Below, piece by piece: positions 1 to 8,553 of a stretch of 64,000 nucleotides of DNA; within the stretch, counting starts at the first letter, position 1, and every line of letters begins with the position of its first letter. The notes under the pieces are model-generated. The model did not search any database. It had not been told where the DNA came from and was given only the letters and a program-made list of their open reading frames with translations. The stretch spans positions 2,752,001 to 2,816,000 of the forward strand of contig CAVWVQ010000003.1 in the NCBI GenBank assembly GCA_963758525.1, written 5' to 3'. The DNA is from an uncultured Phycisphaerales bacterium. Lineage in GTDB: Bacteria; Planctomycetota; Phycisphaerae; Tepidisphaerales; Tepidisphaeraceae. The translations under genes were made by a program, and so were the position numbers.

Positions 1-367
1 GCATCCACCAGCGGTCGCCGGCGAGATATTGCTCGACTTCGGACTCTTCGATCGGATTGAGCAACTGCGGCAGGATGCCCGTGACGCGATCGGCTTTCTC
101 GGTGTGCTGGTACGGCGTCCCGTCTTTGCCGGGCGTGTAGCCTTTGGCGGTCTTCTCCTTCACCAGCTTGTCGTAGATCCTCTTGGCCTCGTCGAAGCCC
201 ACGGGCAACTCAGTCTTCGTGCCCGTGGTCATGGTCGAGCCCCGCCGGCCGTAAGAGTAGGTCACGATGAAGCCAGAACCGGACGGCTCGATCGCGGCGG
301 AATAGACTTTGTCGCTGGATCCCTCGCGGTAATAGAGCGTGATTTGCTCTGCTTGTGTTTCTGTCAT
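1..367 (-). CDS. WGR-domain protein, probably WGR plus ATP-dependent ligase-like domain (runs off the window; absent from the ORF track)
   Basis: Manual translation from the ATG at 367 (AAGGAG upstream): MTETQAEQITLYYREGSSDKVYSAAIEPSGSGFIVTYSYGRRGSTMTTGTKT...EAKRIYDKLVKEKTAKGY, then ILPQLLNPIEE...RWWM. YGRRG and K.AKGY are WGR hallmarks. Confidence 0.8.
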   Translation of the reverse strand, partial: MTETQAEQITLYYREGSSDKVYSAAIEPSGSGFIVTYSYGRRGSTMTTGTKTELPVGFDEAKRIYDKLVKEKTAKGYTPGKDGTPYQHTEKADRVTGILPQLLNPIEESEVEQYLAGDRWWM

Positions 368-601
368 GTTTGTCTCCTTGGATAAATGAAAATGCGCCCT
401 GAAGCGGGGTGTGAGTGATGGTTGGCGGGGCGTGCTGAGCGTCGCCAGCCCCCTCAAAACAAGTACAGGATTCTCCTAAACCGGCACACGACGGCGGCTC
501 AATTGATTCGGGGCATGGGCGCTCGAAGAATTCAGATGAAGCAGGTTGCAACTCCGAGTATCGAGCCCGCTTCCTGCTGAGCTTCAAACGAGGAGAATCC
601 C

Positions 602-1036
602 ATGACTCACAGCACATTTGACCCCACCGGCGACCCTGAACGCAGCGGCTCGACTATGCCGCCGCTGGCAACGCCGGGAATCGAAATCTCAGAAGAAAAC
701 GAAGGCAGGCTGCTGATCGTCAAGCTGATCGGGAAGCTGCATAAGGACGACTACCGTCACTTCCTGCCCGTGGTGCAAAAGGCCATCGGGCGCTATGGCA
801 AGGTTCGCATGCTGGTGCAGATGCTCGACTTCCACGGCTGGGACGCCGGTGCATTGTGGGAAGACATCAAATTCGACGTGAAGCACTTTAATGACATCGA
901 GCGACTGGCGATGGTGGGCGAGCGGACTTGGGAAAAATGGATGGTGATCTGCTGCAAGCCGTTCACCACCGCGAAAATGCGGTATTTCCCGGTCGAAGAG
1001 CTAGCCGAAGCGCGGACGTGGATCATGGCAGCGTAA
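602..1036 (+). CDS. STAS/SEC14 (SpoIIAA-like) domain protein
   Basis: GKLHKDDY...GKVRMLVQMLDFHGWDAGALWEDIKFDVKHFNDIERLAMVG...KPFTTAKMRYF...ARTWI; start may be the ATG at 656. Confidence 0.85.
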   Translation: MTHSTFDPTGDPERSGSTMPPLATPGIEISEENEGRLLIVKLIGKLHKDDYRHFLPVVQKAIGRYGKVRMLVQMLDFHGWDAGALWEDIKFDVKHFNDIERLAMVGERTWEKWMVICCKPFTTAKMRYFPVEELAEARTWIMAA

Positions 1037-1057
1037 TCCCGGCCGCAGTTGAGCTGT

Positions 1058-1747
1058 TTATGCCGCGGAAAGCTCCGCCGATAGCAGGTTGATAGTCACG
1101 TCGCGATCGACGGGCAAGCCCCGCAGCCACCGGGCAAACTGGCCGACCATCAGGCCCGCACAGATCGATGCCGTGTACAGCGTGCTCTTGGCCGTACACG
1201 ATCCGGCATACGCCTCTTCGGCACCAAACAGCGTAGTGGCGTAGTAGTAATCACCGCCCGGCTGCCCGCTGGCCAGCACCCGGAGCACTTCGGCGGACAT
1301 TCTCCCATCTGCGAAGAAGTGGAGATGCTCTCTGGTCGATTCCCAAATGAGCTTTCGCGTCACAATGGAATCGACGCAGCAGAAGAGCGCCAACCGCACC
1401 CCGTTCTGGCGAATCCATTCCAGCCGACGGGCCGATGAGCGCCGGAAGGGCTCTGCCTGACAGACCAGTGTAATCTCCGGGTAGATGCAGCGGCAGAGCC
1501 GGCCGGTGGCCTCGACCTTGGGCTGGTCCAGATCCTGGGGCCAATACCCCTGGGGAGCCAGATTCTCGACACCAACGGTGTCGTGATCGATCAGATCCAT
1601 CACCGGCACGCCCGTCGCCGCCAGCTGCATCGCCACCTGCCGGCCCACCGCCCCCGCACCGACCACCACGGCATGGACCTTCGCCAGATTGTCAGGCGGG
1701 ATCAACTCCCGCTGGCGGATATCCCGGTCGGGATGACTGGTGCTCAT
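1058..1747 (-). CDS. ThiF/E1-like adenylyltransferase (ubiquitin-like activating enzyme)
   Basis: [44 protein letters not shown], and a candidate catalytic Cys in [12 protein letters not shown]-coupled to the upstream gene. Confidence 0.9.
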   Translation of the reverse strand: MSTSHPDRDIRQRELIPPDNLAKVHAVVVGAGAVGRQVAMQLAATGVPVMDLIDHDTVGVENLAPQGYWPQDLDQPKVEATGRLCRCIYPEITLVCQAEPFRRSSARRLEWIRQNGVRLALFCCVDSIVTRKLIWESTREHLHFFADGRMSAEVLRVLASGQPGGDYYYATTLFGAEEAYAGSCTAKSTLYTASICAGLMVGQFARWLRGLPVDRDVTINLLSAELSAA

Positions 1748-2561
1748 CGTTCCTCCCGGTCGGTGATCTCGAAGTAGCTGGCATAGCCGTCGTCCATCGC
1801 CAGCTCATCGTGCCGGGCATAAATGTCATCTTCCTGGAACAGGTGGCTGGTGCGGGATTGACGATGGGAGGGCCGCAGATCGACCTCGTCCTCGAAGTAG
1901 CTGGAGGGCGAGGCGTCATGGATGTTGGTGCCGTATTCATCCATCCACTTCTCGGTCACGGCGCTCAATTCAGCCCCATTGTCAATGAGGATCTGGGGCC
2001 AGGTTTCCCAGTCGACCCGCACGGGCAGTGAGACCGATCCGCCGGGACCGACGTTGAACGTCAGCCGTGCGAATGTCTGGTGGGTCCGGCTGACGATGAG
2101 CATGATCGCCCAGTCACATTTCCCGAAGACGCGCTGAAAGGTCTCCTCATCCACGGAACTGGGCAGGGGGCTCTCACCGGGGTGTGTGTGCGCCAGATCC
2201 TGGCAAACCGGGCGGGGGTGAGGCCGCGATCGATGCAGTCATCGAAGTAATCCGCCACTGCCGTGTCATCGAACGCCACGGTGACCGGCGTGCAGGTCTG
2301 CTTCACTGTCTGGAAATTTTCGACGTAGAGCGGCTGCTTCTCAGCGCTAATGGCGAAGCCGCCGACTTCCGTGTCGCCGGCGTGGAGGAAGAATAGGAAC
2401 TTGAGCCAGGCCAGCGGCGAGAAGGTCACTGCCGCGGGCTCCTCACGCCGCCTGTGCATCGGAAACGCCAGCGGTGCCGGCTCCGGCTTCTCCATCAGTC
2501 GTGCCGCCCGCAGGCCCGACTGGTTGGGGGTCGGAAATATCTCGGAAATGGGAATGTGCAT
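1744..2561 (-). CDS. JAB/MPN (JAMM) metallo-isopeptidase, split by a one-base frameshift near 2193
   Basis: 5' frame: [23 protein letters not shown]...ARIW. Restoring one G (TGG GCG) continues as [24 protein letters not shown]...WAIMLIVS, giving the E...HxH...S..D JAMM motif. Confidence 0.85.
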
Positions 2562-3549
2562 GGGAGGTCTCCGTTTGGGGTTGCGGTTGTTCTGGAGCGG
2601 GATCGTGAACGGGATCGTCCTCGGTCTCTTCCGCTTCTTCTTCGTTGGCTTCCTCTCTCTTCTTGTCGTCGAGTTCTTTGCACTTGGGGCACAGCCGTTC
2701 GCCGTCGTCATTGCTGCCCGCGCAGCCGAGGCAGATGGATGCATCACATCGATCGCACGATCGAATGCAGTTGTCGCAGTACTCTTGATCGCAGTGGTTG
2801 CAGCAGTACGCTCCGTCGCTGGATGTCGACCTGCCGCAATCCGAGCACGGTTGGCCGTCCCAATCGCCCAGTGCCACGTAGGGGGAGGCGCGGTTGTAGG
2901 TGTGGAGAACGCGGTTCACGAGCTGAAACGCATCGCCGATCCGGCCTTCGGCCAGAGCGTAAGAGATCGGACCCCTGGCATCGCCGGCGCAGAGGCGTTC
3001 GCCCCGGACGTGTGGGTGTGTGCAGGTGTTATCGCTGGAAGCAGGATTGGGATCTTTGGCGAAAATTGTGAATGCCGATGCGTCTCTCCGCTGAGAGAAA
3101 ACATCAAAATGCAGTTGGATGGCAAAGCGGCCCAGGCAGACGTCTTCCAGCGTTATTTCATCCGTCGTAACATCGATGCGGCCCTCTTTGGGAAGGATCT
3201 CTACCTCGCTGAATTCGTCTGTCAGGTACCGGATTTCAGCGAGGATGTCGGCGACGCCGGGAACGTCGGTGGCAGTGGGATCGACTGTTCCTGGAGGGCG
3301 GGTGGTTCTGGAGGCGGAATTTATCTGAGTGATATGCCATTGAAGCCGGATAGACAGGAGCTCGGCGCTGTGCGTCCATCCGTGTGACATAGCCGTGCGG
3401 TACAGCCGCCAGCACCGTTCCATCGTCCGCTGCTGGTCCAGCAGCAAAGAGAGCGAAGTCATCCAATCAGGCGATTCGCCACGGTTGGCGCGGGTGAGAA
3501 TGCGGTGCAGTCGAAGGGCGGCCCAGAGGGTGAGGGATTTCTTCTTCAT
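2443..3549 (-). CDS. Prokaryotic E2/UBC-like protein with N-terminal helical region, Cys-rich zinc-binding tail and acidic C-terminus
   Basis: HPHVRGERLC (2989-3018) matches the E2 HPN...xC active-site pattern, followed by six CxxC pairs (2680-2847); lies between the Ubl and JAB genes. Confidence 0.7.
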   Translation of the reverse strand: MKKKSLTLWAALRLHRILTRANRGESPDWMTSLSLLLDQQRTMERCWRLYRTAMSHGWTHSAELLSIRLQWHITQINSASRTTRPPGTVDPTATDVPGVADILAEIRYLTDEFSEVEILPKEGRIDVTTDEITLEDVCLGRFAIQLHFDVFSQRRDASAFTIFAKDPNPASSDNTCTHPHVRGERLCAGDARGPISYALAEGRIGDAFQLVNRVLHTYNRASPYVALGDWDGQPCSDCGRSTSSDGAYCCNHCDQEYCDNCIRSCDRCDASICLGCAGSNDDGERLCPKCKELDDKKREEANEEEAEETEDDPVHDPAPEQPQPQTETSHAHSHFRDISDPQPVGPAGGTTDGEAGAGTAGVSDAQAA

Positions 3550-3642
3550 GGCGAACAGTCCTCCGGGAATGACAGAGCCCGCCTGAACGGAAAGATTCTC
3601 GTTCAGGCGGGCTGGAGAACGCATCTACGCACAGCCGGTGAC

Positions 3643-3861
3643 TCAGGCACCTTCGATCTTGAGCGGCGTCATGCTGATGCGGGAACCGGCCACCAGAACC
3701 TGATCGGCCGCGGCGGGAAGGCGATCGACCCGGATCAGATAGTCGGTGGGATTGGCGTCGGGCATCTTCTGCTGGAACAGTTTCTTGACGGTGGTGCCTT
3801 CCTCCACCTCGATGTGGTCGGCGAACCCGCCGCCTTCGTTGTTGATGTACAAAATCTTCAT
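3643..3861 (-). CDS. Ubiquitin-like (beta-grasp, ThiS/MoaD-like) protein ending KIEGA
   Basis: 72 aa; IEVEEGTTVKKLF...YLIRVDR...DQVLVAGSRISMTPLKIEGA; AAGGAG RBS. Confidence 0.85.
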   Translation of the reverse strand: MKILYINNEGGGFADHIEVEEGTTVKKLFQQKMPDANPTDYLIRVDRLPAAADQVLVAGSRISMTPLKIEGA

Positions 3862-3929
3862 GGGGTCTCCTTGTATAAAAGGGTTGGAATGGAAAACGGA
3901 TGAAAGAACATCGGGCGGGGCGGAATGGC

Positions 3930-4370
3930 TCAGCGATAACTTTCAGCGCACCGCGGGTCGAACTGACCATTTCCGCGGTGACGATCGTGTTGAGGCGAAT
4001 CGTACGCGCCAAATGGGCCATACTCTTCCTCCTCCGATCCATCATCGACGGGGCCACGCACCGGCGCTGGGCCACCCCGCCGGCTATCGCGATCGACCGG
4101 TGGCGTGGGGAACAAATGCCGCGGTCTGCTGATGGGGGATTTGAAAAGGACGCCCAGGCGATGGATGGCAAACGCCAACATCGTTATGCCGGCAATGGCG
4201 ATCGCCACAGCCGGCGGAACAAAGAGCGCGCCCTGGAGCACAGGCGAGCTTTGAACCAGCCGATGAACGACCGCTGCGCCGGGTTGGCCATTGAGTTCCT
4301 GTAACACGGCGTAGGCGGTCAGCACCATGCCGACCAAAGCGAAAAGCATGACACGAAAGAGCGAAGTCAT
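3930..4370 (-). CDS. Hypothetical membrane protein (two hydrophobic segments)
   Basis: GGAGG RBS; hydrophobic N-terminus, second hydrophobic stretch, acidic tail. Confidence 0.6.
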   Translation of the reverse strand: MTSLFRVMLFALVGMVLTAYAVLQELNGQPGAAVVHRLVQSSPVLQGALFVPPAVAIAIAGITMLAFAIHRLGVLFKSPISRPRHLFPTPPVDRDSRRGGPAPVRGPVDDGSEEEEYGPFGAYDSPQHDRHRGNGQFDPRCAESYR

Positions 4371-4435
4371 GAAAACCTCCGGAATTCGGTACGAGGGGTG
4401 AATGCAAACGGGAAGACAGTGAATTGGTCGTTCGC

Positions 4436-4660
4436 CTACGAAGCGAGCGCCCGTGAGCTGGGGAATGACTTTGCGGGAACAGGATGCAGCCGCGTGACCC
4501 CTTCGTGCATGGCGGAAAGGGATCGATTCACGGCGGCGAGCACGCGCCGGTTGGCACGCTGGTCGTGGGTGCGCTGGAGCTGACGCCGGCTCGGCAGGAT
4601 GTTATTTCCCAGCATCTCCAGGTCGGACGACGAGAGGTCGGTGGCGGATACGTACAGCAT
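4436..4660 (-). CDS. Small hypothetical protein, paralog of 5492..5719
   Basis: AAGGAG RBS; shares LSS.DL.MLGNN...RR.LAAVNRSLS.M.E.V..L with 5492..5719. Confidence 0.7.
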   Translation of the reverse strand: MLYVSATDLSSSDLEMLGNNILPSRRQLQRTHDQRANRRVLAAVNRSLSAMHEGVTRLHPVPAKSFPSSRALAS

Positions 4661-4781
4661 GGGATTCTCCTTCTGTTGCAGCCCACCCCGGCAAGGGGCG
4701 GCCGCGTGGTTATGTGAAACGCGACCACCCGGCACACGCCAGGCAGATCAGAGAGCTTGATTTGTTTGGGGAAACAGCGAA

Positions 4782-5043
4782 CTACGTCGGGGGTGAGGGC
4801 GGTGTGTCGGTGGGCGCTGCCGGTGGTTCACCGTCTTGCTCCCAAAGAGATCGGTGAGCGTTGCGGAGAGCAAGCACGCAAATGACGGCGGTTTTCTCTG
4901 CCCGGCGGTACGCCTTTCGGGCATCGGCTTCAGTAAGCCCCTGGCGGGTCAGATCGCCGTCGATCCCCGCCGGTCGTATTCCATTACCGCGCTCAGCACA
5001 TGGGCGGCGGTGACAATCCGTTCGGAGTGATTGTGTTCGCATG
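4782..5043 (-). pseudogene. Degenerate paralog of 5808..6176 with an internal deletion and frame change
   Basis: Two frames give VTAAHVLSAVMEYDRRG and LTRQG...AVICVLALRNAHRSLWE, matching VHSRTILQTMLELQRQG and LLALG...TMVCIVSLRKSHFELWE; the middle part is missing. Confidence 0.6.
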
Positions 5044-5063
5044 CAGCGCGATGCGGGAGGCAA

Positions 5064-5405
5064 TCAGGCTTGTTTGGCTTCGCGAACCGCAATCGCGTCG
5101 AAATGCTGTTTGAGCGCCGCCTGAATGTTTCGGGCCTCAGAGCCCCGCCCGATCGTCTCGTGATATTCGACGCCGAGGGCAACGGCGAGAAACCGAAGCA
5201 TCTGAAGGCCGTACACACCGGTAAGCTCTTTCACGGGTTGGCCATTAACGAAGAGAGTGCCCTTGGGCGAGCCGTCCGACTTGTACTTCCTGGTCATGTG
5301 CTCCACGACTGCCGCCGGCAGCCCGGCATCGGTGAAAGCTTCAGGCTTGAGGATCGAATGACCGTTACAAAGTGATGCCGCCCGGAGATCACCTCCGGGC
5401 GGCAC
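5064..5405 (-). CDS. Hypothetical protein (start uncertain)
   Basis: Protein-like C-terminal part of ORF 5064..5687: LCNGHSILKPEAF...GVYGLQMLRFLAVALGVEY...GRGSEAR; co-oriented with neighbours. Confidence 0.6.
   Translation of the reverse strand: MPPGGDLRAASLCNGHSILKPEAFTDAGLPAAVVEHMTRKYKSDGSPKGTLFVNGQPVKELTGVYGLQMLRFLAVALGVEYHETIGRGSEARNIQAALKQHFDAIAVREAKQA
5376..5404. repeat. Perfect 12-bp stem hairpin TGCCGCCCGGAG-atcac-CTCCGGGCGGCA
   Basis: Read directly from the sequence. Confidence 0.8.
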
Positions 5406-5491
5406 TCCTTGACCAGGCGCACGATCTGATGGATTTGTGGGCGTGAACTCACAGTGTGTCTCCGGTGTGAGCGTTTGGGAGGGAGGGACCG

Positions 5492-5719
5492 TCAAGCCAC
5501 AACGGCGCTGACCGCAGGGGACGGCTGGTGGAGACAGGCGGCGTAGAGCGCGCCGACTTTCTCGCCCATGCTCGACAGCGAACGGTTCACGGCGGCGAGC
5601 TGGCGGCGCTGATACACGTGGCGGCGTTGCGGACTCCGGCGACGGTGACCGGGATCGACGTTGTTTCCCAGCATGGCAAGATCGCACGAGGACAGACGTG
5701 AAGCGGGAATAATGGACAT
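5492..5719 (-). CDS. Small hypothetical protein, paralog of 4436..4660
   Basis: AAGGAG RBS; shared motif LSSCDLAMLGNN...LAAVNRSLSSM. Confidence 0.7.
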   Translation of the reverse strand: MSIIPASRLSSCDLAMLGNNVDPGHRRRSPQRRHVYQRRQLAAVNRSLSSMGEKVGALYAACLHQPSPAVSAVVA

Positions 5720-5807
5720 GAAATCTCCTTGTTGCGCAGAGTCGCGCAGCTTGAAAGTGGTGACACAGAGCGAACGCGGTATCCCGGCACGCGCCGGGAA
5801 CTACCGC

Positions 5808-6176
5808 TCAGGTGGTGAGATCTGAGTCAGGGGTGATCGGCGGCTCGGGAAGGGCGGCGGGTGGGGCTGATGGATCGAGCTGCTCCAGGCGTTCACCCAT
5901 CTGGGCTTCCCAGAGCTCGAAATGGCTCTTTCTCAGCGAGACGATGCACACCATCGTGAGAAGCTCGATGGCTTTCTGAACGCGCTGGGTTTTCTTGTGC
6001 GAGCCGCCAAGGGCCAGGAGTTTCTGGTACAGGTCTGAATATGACTCCATGACGAAGCTGGCCAGATCAGGCTCGACCTTTTCCAGGTGGGACATGGCGG
6101 GCGTGATCCCCTGGCGCTGCAGCTCCAACATTGTCTGGAGGATGGTGCGGGAATGCACCTGTTGATCAGATGCCAT
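5808..6176 (-). CDS. Hypothetical helical protein
   Basis: ATG at 6176 with GGAG upstream; has an in-window paralog at 4782..5043. Confidence 0.7.
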   Translation of the reverse strand: MASDQQVHSRTILQTMLELQRQGITPAMSHLEKVEPDLASFVMESYSDLYQKLLALGGSHKKTQRVQKAIELLTMVCIVSLRKSHFELWEAQMGERLEQLDPSAPPAALPEPPITPDSDLTT

Positions 6177-6544
6177 AAGTAAATGCTCCGGTTGAAATTC
6201 TCGTTGGCGGGCGGAAAGTGCTGGCCACTGCCCGTGTAACGGGCTACCCAACGACGTGGAACGTAAACGAGAGGACAATCGCCACGCGATCACCGCGAAG
6301 AGGAGGCACCCCAACATCGCGATGGCGGATCGCAAGCACTGGACGATTGCCGGCGTGCCTACGGTAACGGCGGCTTGGCGAGCTACAACTTCATCAGGCT
6401 AAAAGAGAGAAATACCAACACGATCCCCGCCGTCGTGTCGAATCAGCAGAGTCACGCAATGATGTCGCGAGGGAAAGCAAACATTTATTCGCGCCCGCGG
6501 TCGCGTTAGCATCTTCTTCTCTTCGAAATACACGATGGTGACAC

Positions 6545-7774
6545 ATGCAAGACGACACTTGGCTTAGCGCTCAATTTCCCTTTCCGCTGGTTCGCACGAA
6601 CATGGAAGGTGTCTACACGACACCAGCGCCGCCCGACCATCTGAACTTCGAGACGGCAAGTTCCGCTGCTGCAGCCCAGTATGGACTGCTGTTGCATCGT
6701 CCAAAGCGTGGCGATAGTGCTGCCGTGATATCCGCGTGGAAGCGGATCACTGAAAAGGGGCTGCGAATTCTCGCACCAATTCTGGAGCCACTGCCTGAGC
6801 CAGTGCGCCGTCCCAGGGGATCGCCGGGACGATGGCCGAATGGACCACAAGCACTGAGCACGAACTGGTGTGGGTGCGTGCTGGAGGGAGCGGGTAATTG
6901 GAGCAGCGTGGTCGGAACGTTCCGCCTGCCGTACTTGAACGCTCCATACGGTGTTCAGGCAAGCGAGTGTGCTGGCCTCTCGGCGTGGGTAGGCTTGGAT
7001 GGATGGAAGGCCGCGCCGTTGGAGCTGCTTCAAACAATTATGAACTTCAACTTGGACGCGAGTACCAATCCGCCCTCAGCGTTCTTCAATTATCCGACGT
7101 GGCAGTGGTGGATACCTGATCCGAACGATCCGAATGCGTCAAGTTACTTCGGGGGTGGCACCGTGATGAATGCGCCGGCGATGAAATCCGGAGACCTTGT
7201 CCAATTGTCCTGCGCGTATGCGACCGGTCTGGACGGATCACCCTGGGGTCATGTCTCTTTCCTGTTCTACAACGATCAGAGCAATGGAAGTCCGGTCCTG
7301 ATGAATTTCATGTTTCCCGGACCGCCGACGGTGGCAGGGCAAGGCGGGTCGATAGAGTGGATCATGGAGAACGAAGCGGCTACGAACAATCAGTCCGACA
7401 CGATCGTCCCCGTCTTCTCGGCAACCCCGAATTCGATTACTCCAATCACGTTCACTCAAGCGGCGGGTTCCAGTCAGTCGGGGAGTGTCATTGGCAATCC
7501 TTTGGACGGATTTACCGTCCTGTGGGAGGACAGCGCCGGGCAGGCGAGCAACGTCGCGGCGGTGTCCATCGCGCCGCAAGAGGTCTCCATTCTTTACAAA
7601 GGCGAAATTCCGCCGCCGGTCGACTGCGCCGAACTGGTGCAAAGTATCCAGGTAGTATTGACTACCAGTCTTCGCCTAACCGGGGCGCAGTGGGCACAAG
7701 CAAAACAACAGCTTCTCAACTGCCGGAGCGAGGGGCGGATCACTGAAGCGCAGTACCAGACCCTTGATGGGTGA
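6545..7774 (+). CDS. G1 family glutamic endopeptidase (eqolisin-like)
   Basis: STNWCG, SAWVGLDG, LLQT (catalytic Gln region), EWIME (catalytic Glu); propeptide-like N-terminus. Confidence 0.85.
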   Translation: MQDDTWLSAQFPFPLVRTNMEGVYTTPAPPDHLNFETASSAAAAQYGLLLHRPKRGDSAAVISAWKRITEKGLRILAPILEPLPEPVRRPRGSPGRWPNGPQALSTNWCGCVLEGAGNWSSVVGTFRLPYLNAPYGVQASECAGLSAWVGLDGWKAAPLELLQTIMNFNLDASTNPPSAFFNYPTWQWWIPDPNDPNASSYFGGGTVMNAPAMKSGDLVQLSCAYATGLDGSPWGHVSFLFYNDQSNGSPVLMNFMFPGPPTVAGQGGSIEWIMENEAATNNQSDTIVPVFSATPNSITPITFTQAAGSSQSGSVIGNPLDGFTVLWEDSAGQASNVAAVSIAPQEVSILYKGEIPPPVDCAELVQSIQVVLTTSLRLTGAQWAQAKQQLLNCRSEGRITEAQYQTLDG

Positions 7775-7947
7775 GATAGCTCGGTACTCGACATCGGGGT
7801 CGAACGAAAGCTTGCCAGAGCCGTGAGTGACGCGGCACGTATGTGATGAGCACATGGTCCGGTGCTCTTATTCGTTTTCTTGGCTGCAAATTTAGGACAT
7901 GGCAAGCGCGACGAACCGGCGACACAATCCTGTGGCAAAGGGCGATG

Positions 7948-8553
7948 TCATCGCCGCGTTGAGATATCGCCGCGATCCCAAGCGATCAATTCCTCGATCG
8001 CCGTCATCGCGTTACGCAGAGCCGACCGTGTCATCAGCGCCATCACGGCCTCGGGCAATGCGTTGAAATCGGCGAGGTTGGTGTGCTGCTCCGCGATTGT
8101 ACCCTTAACGGCCCAAAGTAATTCGCCCAGAGCCATCCAGGATCCAGCCCGCTGAGCCGGTGAACTGATCTTTCCAGCGCACACCACGTAGACGCGCTCG
8201 CTGGAACTTTGTTTGACCGCCTCGCAACAGGCCCGATCCATCGGCGTGTCGTTGTAGTTCACTTCGCTGCCGTCCGACGGCACGCATTCGATGAACATCC
8301 TCGGCTCGTGAAGTCCGACCAGACCAGGCTTCGGGTCGATGAGCAGCACACAGCTGGCGTTGTCTTCGATTGCGGTGATCAGATGGGGAAGCCGGAAGTT
8401 GATTGAGACATCGCTCATCGTTTCGAGGTCCTGTTCTCGTGGCAGAACTTCATGTGGTGTGACGGGGAGGTGGAGCAGCATGGCCGTATCCACCAGGGGT
8501 TTGATCTCCGTCAGCCACTTGCTGGCGATCTCGCGGAGTGCGTCAAAGATCAT
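7948..8553 (-). CDS. Hypothetical protein
   Basis: 201-aa ORF with AGGA RBS, overlapping the end of the upstream nuclease gene. Confidence 0.65.
   Translation of the reverse strand: MIFDALREIASKWLTEIKPLVDTAMLLHLPVTPHEVLPREQDLETMSDVSINFRLPHLITAIEDNASCVLLIDPKPGLVGLHEPRMFIECVPSDGSEVNYNDTPMDRACCEAVKQSSSERVYVVCAGKISSPAQRAGSWMALGELLWAVKGTIAEQHTNLADFNALPEAVMALMTRSALRNAMTAIEELIAWDRGDISTRR

Noticed and set aside
2181..2190. Phase variation by (GT)n slippage in the JAB gene
   Set aside because: The run is short and encodes the required His-Thr-His; the frame is repaired by one base outside the run
3643..3861. Ordinary MoaD/ThiS sulfur carrier
   Set aside because: It ends in EGA rather than GG, and its neighbours are E2-like and JAB genes, not cofactor biosynthesis enzymes; not fully excluded without experiments
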